A stretch of 64,000 nt of DNA from Macrostomum hystrix (taxonomy: Eukaryota; Animalia; Platyhelminthes). This document shows, in pieces, positions 9,125-21,743 of the stretch. The DNA lies in the NCBI GenBank assembly GCA_950097015.1, contig CATNEN010000039.1, positions 5,580,001 to 5,644,000 of the forward strand, written 5' to 3'. Under the pieces are notes generated by a model. It searched no databases and was not told the DNA's origin. It saw only the letters and a list, made by a program, of their open reading frames with translations. Position 1 is the stretch's first letter. Each line of letters begins with the position of its first letter. Position numbers and translations under genes: made by a program.

Positions 9125-12100
9125 ATGTCGTAAGGTAGTGTAAACAACTATAGTCGGTTTGATTTATCTGCTCATGCTTTTTACATTTAATTTGAATTCA
9201 GCCCAGGCCGACTATTTTTCACTTTTATTAATAGTTAACGTGAAAGCTATAAAGGTCTACCAAAATAACCAAAATACCAACATAATCGCCTGAGATTAGG
9301 GAGGCAAAAATTGTTTGCATGTACAAATATTACAATTAAATAATATCCTATATAAGCAAAGCTAGCTTTCAAACTGACTCAAACATTGGCAATGGCAAGT
9401 TGTGTTCAGAAATCCGCCATAATTGTAAGTGAAATTGAAGTAGTCCCTGTTCTTGATATTAATAATAAACTTTTCGTTGTATAGCCAATTTATTAAAAAT
9501 TCATTTCAATGTTTAGCTAGTTTTACTTTTAGCAAGACTGGACTCCTACTTCTAGAGTCCTAGCCCTAGGACTGAGAGCTTTAAGAAATTGTACCCAGAT
9601 AGGCCTAATGCCTAGGGTAATGTATCATCAACCAAACAAGAATGTGTATTTTTTTAACTTCAAACCTAAGCTACAGATTTTCTATTCAAGATATGATGAT
9701 AAATCAAAAGCCAAGTTATAGAAAACAGTTACATCTTTCTAAAAAGTATCTGCCTTTGCTATTTTGTCAAATAGAAAAAAGTTATTCCTGCTTTTTATTT
9801 AAAACTGAACAATGATTTTCATGTATCTTCAAACCAAACAGCGAATTTGATGTTTGGTTTTACTATTTGAGTGAGTGGTTTAATCTTATTTTTAAGGAGT
9901 GATCTATCATGAATTATGTCATTTGAAAGCATTTTTCATGCTCTATAAATAACTACATTTATGGTCATTTAATTGGCAAGCAACCGCATACAATCTTTGT
10001 CTAAAGTACATACTGAAAAAATGTTGTTAAAAAGTATGCTTTTGCAATAAAAATTTCTACTGAAACATCAATCTTTTTTTCCTCTTAATGCTTCATTGCA
10101 CATCATGCCTCAGCTTGTAGATAATTTCTTCAACTTTCAAATTAGTTGTTCTGTGAAACACAATAGCTTGTTTCTATCTTGCACGAGACCAAGGAAGGAG
10201 TCAAAATTCTTGTTCGGTTTTGAAGATACACTGTTCGGTTGATGATACATTACCCTAGTATATATATGTAGCTATTCCAGTTGAGGCTAGGAAAGCTCGA
10301 ATTATTTAATTAGAACTGGCCCTAAAACTGTTAACATATAAAATTTTAGGCAAACTCCTAGTTTGTTGCATTAAATTATTTTTCAAGTTTTTAAAGCACA
10401 AATATTAACAAAAGTTTTATTTTCAGTCACGATTCAGTAATAGTGGACAATCCAGTACAGGTAGTTGCCAAAGGTCTTCTCTGGTAAGAGGTGGCACGAA
10501 AGGTACTCATCTTGACCTCCATCTTGGTCTCCATCTTAGTGCTGCAGTCACATGGCTGGAGCTTTTGGGCAATGGTCACATTAGGCCTATTAGGAATTGA
10601 AAAGCAGCCTATACCTGGCCAACCAGCGCATGCTAATGTCCAGGTTGCACAGCTTAGCAGTTGGCCTTAAATCAGCATTGGGAATGATTGTTTTTGGTGC
10701 CCTTTGCTGTCAAGCCTGATTAGGCATATAGTCACTAGTTAGCCTAAAATCAGAAACATAAGTTGAAAAATAATTCTATGCAACAAACAAGGAGTTTGCC
10801 AAATTTTATTGCATACATTGTTTAATCAAAATGATCTTACTAGCTATTTGAACTTGGAATATTTAGATTTTTTGTTTTATGTTTTTATGATTTTTTAGTT
10901 ATAGTTTTGGTTATAGGTTATAGTTTTGATGAGGATTCTAGCCTATAAGCAATATGCAACAGTTTAGTAATGTTCTGTTCTATACAAGATTAGCTATGTA
11001 TACTGAATGTTATGCTAAAGTATAGACTATGTTCTGGCTAAAGGTTGTATAAGAGTGCGATCTCATCCTGTCTTGAATATCTGGAGGATCTTGACTATTC
11101 GGCATTTTAATCTTAACTTGAAATACTCAAGTTTTTATAACTTTTTCCTGCCACACCTAACTAAATGTGTGTTAGGCCCTAAAATTACTATTATACATGC
11201 AAAAAAATTTGTCTATTATTTCTTTTGTATGCCTATAAAGTTTGTTTTGTGATTCTGTGATCATATTTTAATATCAATATCTATGTACTGTTCTTGGTTT
11301 AGTATAATTCTTCAGTTAAATGAGTAAACTGGACATAAAGATTGCAAAGAGCATCACACACCAGTTAGAGAGTGTATATAATATATAATTTGCATATTTG
11401 TTACAAGTATATAAACAATTGTCTTGTCTTAGGATACAATTCTTATTTCTATTTTATCTTGTCTAAATTCTTGTCTTGCCCAACCTCTAGTGCCCTATCA
11501 TCCATGTTAATATTTCTTTGTTTTGTTAGTCCAATTTCAAGTCAAATTATTAACTATTATTATTAAAGAAATAACTAATATTTTTATTAATATGTTGTTG
11601 CCATATAAAGTCTTAAGATTTAACATAGTTAAATGTTGTGGCAGAAAGCATATGTAAATGACAAACATGGAACCATAACCTGCCAACAGTATCCAGGCCA
11701 TTATATAGTCTGACTGCAGATCAATTAGATTTCAAATTTTAGCTATTAAAAAAGAGGTTGAACTATCTATATTAACATTATAAACTGCTAGTTCATCATT
11801 GCACAAATGCATTTTAAAGTTTTCTTTTAAATTTTCATTAGTAAATTAATTATTTCCGTGTGAAGAATATGCTATTGTTGAAATACAATATTCAATAATG
11901 GCTAGAAACTTGTGGCATAGCTTTGTGAGTTTTTTCTATGCATATTTTGCCTATTTGCCTATATTTTTCCAAGGTGGTACAAATGCTGGGAAATACCTTC
12001 TTTCTGAATATAAAATTCCTTTGACCCGCGCATCAGATACCAGACGAGCCGCCCCATCTGCCACTGGAGTCTCTCAGCTACCCGGCCCACTACGCGCCCT

Positions 12101-15100
12101 ACATAGCCAATGTGGTCATTCCCTACGGCCTTGTGCAGGATCGCATTGAGCGAATGGCCGAAGAGATTCTGCAGGATTTGCAGGCTACTTGCGATCCAGA
12201 GGAGGGCTTGCACGCCATCTGTGTTCTAAAGGGCGGATTTAAATTCTTCACGGATCTCACTGATCGAATGGAGAGTAAGAACTGCTGCCATCGATCCTTG
12301 AAGATTTCCAGCCATTTCATTCGAGCCAGGAGCTACCAGGTTTGTTGTGACGTCACTCACTTTTCATTTAACGTTTGTCACATATTGGACAGGGCTTATT
12401 ACTTTATTCATCTTGCTTACGGTAGCGGTTCTCGCGGCACAATTGATCTCTCTCTTTATTATTACTTCCATATATACTTCCTACCTGATTTACTAGTGAC
12501 CCTAGCAGGACAAACTAAAAGAGGCAGCTGTTGCTGCAACAGCAACCAAAAAACAATCTCCACACAGCACCCAACATATGCAGCAGTTTATCTCATGTTG
12601 TGCTTGCTCTTTAGTTTGGCAAAAAAGTGGAAAAAATAACAAGTCCCGGCACTAGACACTATGCCATCCAGGTATTCCTTTGGGTCAGACTTTTAGATGT
12701 CATCATCGCACCGAGACGTGGGACGTTCCCTGAAGTTGCTTATACAAGCTACCACGGGTGCCAGTGGGCCACAAACACTGGGCCAGTTTATCGGCTTGGC
12801 TTTGTCTCATTGGTTAGATACACCTGTAATTGAGACTCCGATATTTATATTCACAATATCCTCACATATTCTAGCGGAATGCCTACTTTTCGTAAAGCCG
12901 ACTACTGCTAGTAGAGTAATTTGCGCATCGAACTAAAAGACGCAAATTATCATTATTCTACCGAAATATAAAACTTAAAAAATAAGCGCGAGGGAGGGTG
13001 GTGACGGTTCGCTCTTGCTGTCTTGCATCTCTTATGCCCCCCTCTGAATTTATACCCCAGCTATTGTCATATAAAATATTGTCAAGCGCAGTTATTACAC
13101 ATACTGTAAAAAATATATATTTCTCTTTTAACCCCACTATGCATTTACCAAAATACTGAATGCTAAATTCAAAATACCAATGTTCTGACCATTTTTTAAT
13201 ACCATGGCTCAGTGCCCAAATATTCATTGCCTAGTTACCTGATTTACCTGTCACAAAATTTCACTCGATCTATTTCTTTTATTTTTATTGAACCAAAACT
13301 TCGGACCTTCTAGAAATTTTAAAATTCTAAATTTCTATTTTTTACTTTTATATTTATATTTTAATAGAAATGTTTTAATACAAGAAAATATATATAGCAG
13401 TAGAGCCCCCACAAGGGCTGACCTGCAGTCCAGATTGGACAAGGCCGTTTAACAACAACTAGTGACCCTGAAAGGGCCATCTTACTACTGACTTAATGTA
13501 ATGGCAGCGTCTCATTCTCTAGCACGAGCGGTTCTCCCTCTGAGGCACTATTCTGTTATCACACAGAATCCTCGGGGCGGACGCTGGATCGGAGGGTCAC
13601 AGCCTCAGCCATATCTTTCTCTTTTCCAAACCAAGTCAGAACAAGTTGTATTCTAGAATTTTTGTGTTTTTTTTGACTGACTAGAACATAGTTTTTTAGT
13701 GAAACTCCTGGAAATTATACTGACAGTAGTGTTTGTTTGTAGTGTTGTAATATTTATAACTCACTCACACTCACTATAAAGCTCACTTTGCTATCTAATT
13801 TCAGAATGACCAGTCATCTGGCAGTGTCAGCATCATGAAGTTATACGACCTAGAAGTCCTGGCCAACAAGGTAAATACACATGATAAATAAAACAAGGAA
13901 TTTTTTTGACTCTATGTTTATATCCTAATTAACTTTTAGACTGTTCTGGTGGTGGAGGACATTGTGGACACTGGGCACACTCTCAGTAAGCTCATTGAGC
14001 ACCTGGGCCAGTACAAGCCTAAAACTATTAAAGTTGCCAGCTTATTGTTGAAGCGCACTCCGCTGCACAATGGCTGGTTTCCTGATTGTAAGTTATCAGT
14101 GTATTATCTAGTTAGTCCCGAGATTATGCTTTCATATTGATCCCCTTGTATAATAAACTTTTTCTTTTTCCTTTTTAGACGTTGGTTTCTCTGTTCCCAA
14201 CATGTTTATCGTTGGTTACGCTCTTGACTACAACGAGAATTTTCGCGACCTTAAGGTGAGAATATTGTATTTAAAATGTATTCATTATTAGTATAAAAAA
14301 TCACGTGATTAGCCACGCGTTTTCAGCGTATTTTAAGTAGCCACACAAAGTCACGTGTTTAACCACGCTACTTCTGCGAGCTTTGAGTACTAACAAAGTC
14401 ACGTGATTAACCACGCTACTTCTGCGTGCTTTAAGTAGTGACAAAGTCACGTGATTAACCACGCTACTTCTGCGTGCTTTAAGTAGTGACAAAGTCACGT
14501 GATTAACCACGCTACTTCTGTGAGCTTTGAGTACTAACAAAGTCACGTGATTAACCACGCTACTTCTGCGAGCTTTGAGTACTAACAAAGTCACGTGATT
14601 AACCACGCTACTTCTGCGAGCTTTGAGAAAGTCACGTGATTAACCACGCTACTTCTGCGTGCTTTAAGTACTGACAAAGTCACGTGATTAACCACGCTAC
14701 TTCTGCGTGCTTTAAGTACTGACAAAGTCACGTGATTAACCACGCTACTTCTGCGTGCTTTAAGTACTGACAAAGTCACGTGATTAACCACGCTATTTCT
14801 GCGAGCTTTGAGTACTGACAAAGTCACGTGATTAACCACGCTACTTCTGCGTGCTTTAAGTACTGACAAAGTCACGTGATTAACCACGCTAATTCTGCGA
14901 GCTTTGAGTACTGACAAAGTCACGTGATTAACCACGCTACTTCTGCGTGCTTTAATTAGTGACTCAAAGTCACGTGATTGGAGACGTTATCATTGGGTGT
15001 TTTTTACTACTGATTGGAAGTTGCGTAATAACTAACCGAAGTCCACTGAAGGCAAATGCTTGCAAGCTAACGCCTTCTGCGAGGTAAATAACAGCACGCG

Positions 15101-15190
15101 ATTTAAAAATCATTGCAGCACATCTGCCAGATCAGCGACGAAGGCAAGAAGAAGTACGCCAATGCCTCGGCTGCACCTCTCGGACTATAA
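9125..15190 (+). CDS. HPRT1: Hypoxanthine-guanine phosphoribosyltransferase, 7 coding exons
   Basis: Exons 9125-9129, 10427-10460, 12037-12339, 13805-13870, 13940-14087, 14179-14255, 15119-15190, all GT-AG and phase-consistent. Motifs [54 protein letters not shown]. The first two micro-exons are less certain. Confidence 0.93.
9615..10255. mobile_element. Non-autonomous DNA transposon (MITE) in HPRT intron 1
   Basis: Terminal inverted repeats GGGTAATGTATCATCAACC(A/G)AACA at both ends, TA on each side, internal copies of the TIR core at ~9822-9841 and ~10209-10230. No ORF. Confidence 0.8.
14297..14980. repeat. 48-bp minisatellite (~14 copies) in the last HPRT intron
   Basis: Unit aaagtcacgtgattaaccacgctacttctgcgtgctttaagtactgac. 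Confidence 0.95.
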
Positions 15191-15426
15191 GTAAAAGAGT
15201 AAAAAACTAAACTGGGAAATATTAGCCTTGGCTATCATAAACTTATTTTATCATCAACGATGAGCAGGGCAGGTTTTGGCCAGTTTTGGCCAGTGGACTC
15301 TGATGATTAATAATAATATTTTTCAATATTTCTCCAGTTTTTGGTGTTAATAATTGAGACATACAATTTTTTTGTCATCCGCTAAAATTGTTTCACTAAT
15401 CTTCCTTATCTAAAAGTACATTAATA

Positions 15427-15787
15427 TAATAATAATAATTGCAGGAGGGCTGCGGGCAGTGGCACATCATTTGGTGACACTAGACCCGCAGCCAGCGAGG
15501 AGGCAATTCTGCCCATTTCGCTGACTCCTGAGCACACACGCACACAGATACTGTACGCAGGCACACGCTCACACAGGTGTGTACATCTGCCCCGACTTTC
15601 TCATCGTCAGGCAGTGTACATTTCACTGTGCCTTGGAAGTTGGCACTCAAGGGCGTAAATTGCACAAGCCCCCAAGCCTTCTCTCCGCGGCTGCGCCCGA
15701 AATAAATGTGGCCTCGCCGTGGAATCGAACTTAGGGACCTTGGTGCGAGAGGCAAACGCGATAACCGCTCTGCCACCGACCCCCCTC
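15427..15787 (-). mobile_element. tRNA-derived SINE, family A, full-length copy
   Basis: Minus strand begins GGGGGTCGGTGGCAGAGCGG (A box) ... AGTTCGATTCC (B box) and ends in a long stem-loop plus an (ATT)n tail. Homologous copies at ~27.1, ~32.7 and ~46.1 kb. Confidence 0.9.
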
Positions 15788-16258
15788 AAATTACATTAGT
15801 ACTAATATAACATTTCGTTTGCTTTTTTACTCAATAATATTGAGTATATAATTATAGAGAGGACACTTTAAAGGCGTCATTAAATGACACGGTTTTATCT
15901 TTAAACGCAATAAAAAATGTTAATTTAGGCTGTCAAGATTTCTTTGTTATTTCCGTTCTAGTGCAAACCTTGTTTTTATGTTTGCCATTATGATTTTAAA
16001 TTGACTAGTTTTAGTTATCTGTCATCAGCTGTACTAGATAACAGTTTGCATGCCTTTATTTGATAAGCAAATGATTGCTATTTCCTATCGGAATATTTAG
16101 TCTTCGAATCTTTTCTACATAATTTTGCATTAATAAAAAGGTGATCTGTTTTGCCGTTTTTTCGTACTAACGAAACACCAAAGTTGGTTTATTCATTTTT
16201 TATTTCATAATTCGAGTCTTAGTTAAAATCGCTGTATCGCAGAAAAATTTAACGGTTA

Positions 16259-17105
16259 TCGTGGTATCTTCTGAGTCATTTATGTGAATCTTGGTATCTT
16301 CTGAGTCATTTATGTGAATCTTGGTATCCTCTGGGTCATTTATGTGAATCTCGGTATCTTCTGAGTCATTTATGTGAATCTTGGTATCTTCTGAGTCATT
16401 TATGTGAATCTTGGTATCTTCTGAGTCATTTATGTGAATCTTGGTATCTTCTGAGTCATTTATGGGAATCTTGGTATCTTCTGAGTCATTTATGTGAATC
16501 TTGGTATCTTCTGAGTCATTTATGTGAATCTTGGTATCTTCTGAGTCATTTATGTGAATCTTGGTATCTTCTGAGTCATTTATGTGAATCTTGGTATCTT
16601 CTGAGTCATTTATGTGAATCTTGGTATCTTCTGAGTTATTTATGTGAATCTCGGTATCTTCTGAGTCATTTATGTGAATCTTGGTATCTTCTGAGTCATT
16701 TGTGTGAATCTTGGTATCTTCTGAGTCATTTATGTGAATCTCGGTATCTTCTGAGTCATTTATGTGAATCTCGGTATCTTTTGAGTCATTTATGTGAATC
16801 TCGGTATCTTCTGGGTCATTTATGTGAATCTCGGTATCTTCTGAGTCATTTATGTGAATCTCGGTATCTTCTGGGTCATTTATGTGAATCTTGGTATCTT
16901 CTGAGTCATTTATGTGAATCTTGGTATCTTCTGGGTCATTTATGTGAATCTCGGTATCTTCTGGGTCATTTATGTGAATCTTGGTATCTTCTGAGTCATT
17001 TATGTGAATCTCGGTATCTTCTGGGTCATTTATGTGAATCTTGGTATCTTCTGAGTCATTTATGTGAATCTCGGTATCTTCTGGGTCATTTATGTGAATC
17101 TCGGT
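16259..17105. repeat. 30-bp minisatellite (~28 copies)
   Basis: Unit tc(t/c)ggtatcttctgagtcatttatgtgaa; most copies carry TGAGTCA. Confidence 0.95.
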
Positions 17106-17210
17106 AAAAATGGCTCCATTTGTAATATTCCTCGTCTCGCTCACTTCAGCCGCAGCTGAAGCAGCAGCAGCAGCAGCAGCAGTAACCAGGTTCCATCAGC
17201 TGCGCGTTGA

Positions 17211-18216
17211 ATGCAGTTCTCAGGCGCCAGCGCTAGCAGCGCCATCGATGGTGACGAAGCCAGCAGCATTGGCCTTCACCGCAGCCACCATCACCATCAT
17301 CACCACCACCACCACAGGCACCATCTGCGCCAGCAGCAGCACCGGCATGTCTCATCTCCGGGTCCCCAGCAACCAGATTCCTTGAATCAGCAGTCGGCGA
17401 CTTCGGCCTCGTCGCGGCCGCGCGTCAGCAGCGCCGGCTCCCGCACGCCCAGCAGCCGGGTTCAACAGCTGCGCGCCCAGGAGGCGCAGGCCTCGACATC
17501 AGCGCGCGAGCTGGCCCATGAGCAGCTGTTCAGCGCGAACCTCAGTGTCGCCTGCGCCTGGGACAGCCTGTCATTGTCCTCCTCGTCCGAGTCCTCAGAT
17601 CCGCAGCCCGCACTGCTGGCTTCGCCCAGCAGCTTCCCGACCGCTGGCCGCAAGCGGAAGCTGTCCTCTCCTCTGTTCGTTGCCTGCGACTTCTCCTCTA
17701 CAGCTGCTGTAGCCGCCGCCGCTGCCGCCACAGCCTCTGCCGCAGTCACAGCCGCAGCAGCCTCAGTTGCATCCTCGACCGCCGCTGACAAGCAGTGCTT
17801 CAGCCCTTCACTGCAGAGTCCGCTAACTCCGCCTGCGGCAAAGCGGCCCTGCCTGCATCCATACGGATTCTCTGACGGTGAGGACCATTTTCGGGTATAC
17901 AGTTGCCCACTGTAATCCACTGACCCACTGTAATTCACAACACACTGACCCTGATCCCGCAGACCGGTCCGCGGACAGTTCCCCAGTCTCTGGCAGCGGC
18001 GGCGGCGGCGGCAGCGGCTGGTCCCCTCTCCGATCTTCTCGCTCTCGGCGCAGCCTCAGCGGCCTCGTCACCCCAATCAGGCGGCGCACCATTTCTGTGG
18101 CCTTCGCCGCCTCCGTTCTGCGCAGGCCGTCGCCGCCGCCTCCTACTCCGCAGCCGCCGCCGTCAGCAGCGCTGATGGAAGCGACACCCGAGGAATCCGG
18201 CGACTTCGATAGCTGA
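17211..18216 (+). CDS. FAM122A: FAM122/PABIR-family protein (PP2A-B55 inhibitor homolog), 2 exons
   Basis: Exons 17211-17877 and 17963-18216 (85-bp GT-AG intron, phase 1). SRVQQLRAQE...RELAHEQ...WDSLSL and KQCFSPSLQS match FAM122 conserved blocks as I recall them (SRLHQIKQEE...RETVHER...WEESFSL; KQCFSPSLQS). His-, Ser- and Ala-rich insertions. Confidence 0.8.
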
Positions 18217-18540
18217 GATCACAGTCGTGAAGCCTGTCCGTATGTTGCTGCTTATCTGCCTGACTGCCCTACTGCATTGTCCTTTGTTAGTCTTTAATAT
18301 CGAAGCTATTCTATCCATGTTTGTGCAACAGTAAATTTCAGCAGATGTATATCTTTCGCCTGGTCCCTTAGATTTTAATTAAATATTGGATATAAACCTT
18401 TTTTTAACTCAACGAAACTGTCAATAGTTAATATTTTGGCACCTGCCTGCTGCTTTGAATTTTGCCTGTTGCTTTGCATTGCACAACTCAGAGAAATATT
18501 TCTAGGGCTTTTGATTCACCGTTTCCCTTATTTTAATTAC

Positions 18541-19315
18541 CCACACGCAGCCACTGCTTCAGTCCCACACAGCCACTGCTCCAGTCCCACACAGCCACTG
18601 CTTTAGTCCCACACAGCCACTGCTTCAGTCCCACACAGCCACTGCTCCAGTCCCACACAGCCACTGCTTCAGTCCCACACAGCCACTGCTCCAGTCCCAC
18701 ACAGCCACTGCTTCAGTCCCACACAGCCACTGCTCCAGTCCCACACAGCCACTGCTTTAGTCCCACACAGCCACTGCTTCAGTCCCACACAGCCACTGCT
18801 TCAGTCCCACACAGCCACTGCTTCAGTCCCACACAGCCACTGCTTCAGTCCCACACAGCCACTGCTCCAGTCCCACACAGCCACTGCATCAGTCCCACAC
18901 AGCCACTGCTTTAGTCCCACACAGCCACTGCTTCAGTCCCACACAGCCACTGCTTCAGTCCCACACAGCCACTGCTTCAGTCCCACACAGCCACTGCTCC
19001 AGTCCCACACAGCCACTGCATCAGTCCCACACAGCCACTGCTTTAGTCCCACACAGCCACTGCTTTAGTCCCACACAGCCACTGCTTCAGTCCCACACAG
19101 CCACTGCTCCAGTCCCACACAGCCACTGCTTCAGTCCCACACAGCCACTGCTCCAGTCCCACACAGCCACTGCTCCAGTCCCACACAGCCACTGCTTCAG
19201 TCCCACACAGCCACTGCTCCAGTCCCACACAGCCACTGCTCCAGTCCCACACAGCCACTGCTCCAGTCCCACACAGCCACTGCTTCAGTCCCACACAGCC
19301 ACTGCTTTAGTCCCA
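18541..19315. repeat. 22-bp minisatellite (~35 copies)
   Basis: Unit cagtcccacacagccactgct(t/c). Confidence 0.95.
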
Positions 19316-20007
19316 AACTTTCAAATCAAGGTGGTAATTTTATCTCCGTCTGTGTTTTTAAAGCTTTCCTGTGTGAATTATCCTAAACTGTTATATTAAA
19401 ATTGTTATATTTTTTCTGTTAATGATTGTTATCAAACGCACTTTGATATATTCATAAGCTTTATAAAGCTGCACTGTTATGTTTGCGGCACAGCAGAGCT
19501 TATGGCTAACTGTTTGATTATTTACTTTTTTTCAATCATGCCAGTTAGTTATGTTATGCTTGTTGTTCGAATAATTTAGTCCACCATTTTAAATGATTTA
19601 AAATGTGTACAGTTATATAGAAATTCGCCCTGTTTATTGCACAGTGTGTTTACCATCATGCGTGATTTCTTAAATGGTTTCTTAACTTCTCTGTTTTACA
19701 TTTGCTGTACATAAGTGTGTGTTTTATACGAATATATAAAGTACAAAATGTACAGTCTATTAACTATCTTTTTATTTTGCAATGATTACTTTTATTTTAA
19801 TATCGAGTTTTACCTTCAAATCATCTTCTATTCAAAACTGTTTGATGGCTGTTCTTACGACAATTGGCAATGAAGTCCCACACATGAACATGCAACATGT
19901 TCATTGGCAATGAACAAAGGTCATTATAATGCTAAAGAATAATTTATGCTCGACAAAACCCATAGACTAATATGGGTTATAGTATGTAATATACTAACAT
20001 AGACTAT

Positions 20008-20548
20008 AGCCCATAGACTAACCCATACACACAGCCCATAGACTACCACATACACACAGCCCATAGACTACCCCATACACACAGCCCTTAGACTACCCCA
20101 TACACACAGCCCATAGACTACCACATACACACAGCCCTTAGACTACCCCATACACACAGCCCATAGACTACCCCATACACACAGCCCTTAGACTACCCCA
20201 TACACACAGCCCTTAGACTACCCCATACACACAGCCCTTAGACTACCCCATACACACAGCCCTTAGACTACCCCATACACACAGCCCATAGACTACCACA
20301 ATACACACAGCCCATAGACTACCCCATACACACAGCCCTTAGACTACCCCATACACACAGCCCTTAGACTACCCCATACACACAGCCCTTAGACTACTCC
20401 ACACACAGCCCTTAGACTACTCCACACACAGCCCTTAGACTACTCCACACACACCCCTTAGACTACTCCACACACAGCCCTTAGACTACTCCACACACAG
20501 CCCTTAGACTACTCCACACACAGCCCTTAGACTACCCCATACACACAC
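20008..20548. repeat. 25/23-bp minisatellite ending just upstream of GST copy 1
   Basis: Unit tagactaccccatacacacagccc(a/t), with shorter 23-bp variants at the 3' end. Confidence 0.95.
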
Positions 20549-20603
20549 GCACACACGCACACAGCCCCCATTGACTTGTCCGTTTTCCCTCAGCTCGCTC
20601 GCC

Positions 20604-21227
20604 ATGTCTCCCAGTCTGGAGCTATTCTACTTCCCGATTCGCGGTCGCGGCGATCTGCCCCGCTCGCTGATGCTGGATGGCGGACTTGAGTTCACCGAGT
20701 GCCGCATTCCTAAGGGCGAACAGTGGCTGGCCCGCAAGCCGGAGTTCGTGTTCGGCCAGATGCCGGTGCTGCGAGTTGACGGCAAGCGGGACATTCCGCA
20801 GTCGCACGCGATCGCTCGCTACCTGGCCAAGCTGACAAATCCCAGCCTGCTAGGCGAGACCATTGACGAAGCCGCCAATGTCGACATGTGGTACTACCAG
20901 ACTGACGATGTGTACGCCAGCGTGATTGGGCCGTTCTATCGATCGTATGACACAGTCGAACAGCTGTTCAACGACAACTGGGCCAAATGGGCGGCGCCGT
21001 TCGAGAAGGCCCTGACTGGCAGCGACTATCTGGCCAACAACCGGCTCAGCCTGGCCGATTATCACCTGCTGGACGTGACCGAGGTGATTGCGCACTTCAG
21101 GCCGCAGCTGTTGGAGCAGACGCCGCAGGTTCGGGCTCACCGGGAGCGAATGGCGTCCAGGCCCGGCATCGCTAAGTTCATGGACTACGTCAAGGACCTG
21201 CCGTTCACCAACTCTGGCCTGTTCTGA
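20604..21227 (+). CDS. Cytosolic glutathione S-transferase (Tyr-type, pi/mu/sigma-like), copy 1, intronless
   Basis: LFYFPIRGRG, FGQMPVL, IPQSHAIARYLAK, YLANNRLSLADYHL, RPGIAKF. ATG preceded by acceptor ttttccctcag. Confidence 0.95.
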   Translation: MSPSLELFYFPIRGRGDLPRSLMLDGGLEFTECRIPKGEQWLARKPEFVFGQMPVLRVDGKRDIPQSHAIARYLAKLTNPSLLGETIDEAANVDMWYYQTDDVYASVIGPFYRSYDTVEQLFNDNWAKWAAPFEKALTGSDYLANNRLSLADYHLLDVTEVIAHFRPQLLEQTPQVRAHRERMASRPGIAKFMDYVKDLPFTNSGLF

Positions 21228-21743
21228 TCTGTTTGAAGTGCAGCCGCTTGTTTGTCATTGTCCGAGTGAACATTGTGACTAATGTACTTTTAGTTTTTCA
21301 ATATCGTTCTGTCATCGTCTGGGTGGTAGGCTCCTAGTAGTTTATCAAATATTTTAACCCACAATTCAGCTTTCATCTGCTCTGCTTTACTTTTGCCAGC
21401 TTAAGAATTTTTCATATTTCCAGCTTTTAGCTCGTTCGCTTCTTGTGCGCACGAGTTTCAATTTTATGCTAGAGGCCAGATCTCGCAACGCGCCATTTAA
21501 AGTGCAATAATAAAATATTGTAACAGTCAAGCAACTGCTGCTGCTGATTAGTAAGACCGGAAGCATGATTTCACAGTTTTACAACTTTAGGCGAGAAATA
21601 ATTGTTTTGTTAAAACAAGTCGGGCTTCCTTCGATTGTTTGTTTCTCTTCTTTGTTGATCATCCAATAAAAATAGTTAGATGGAATTTTTGCTTCTCCGA
21701 TTCTAAATTACTAGAATTCTCCTATAGTTCACCGAGTTCTCTA

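Noticed and set aside
13395-13615. GC-richer island in HPRT intron 3, possibly another SINE or ncRNA
   Set aside because: Single occurrence in the window with no clear A/B boxes or TSD; insufficient support.
15488-15510. GCCTCCTCGCTGGC in SINE A, identical to the HDV ribozyme P3/L3 segment
   Set aside because: No upstream P1 partner and no GG at the P1.1 position; the region is better explained as part of a simple long 3' stem-loop. An Infernal/RNArobo search or a cleavage assay would settle it.
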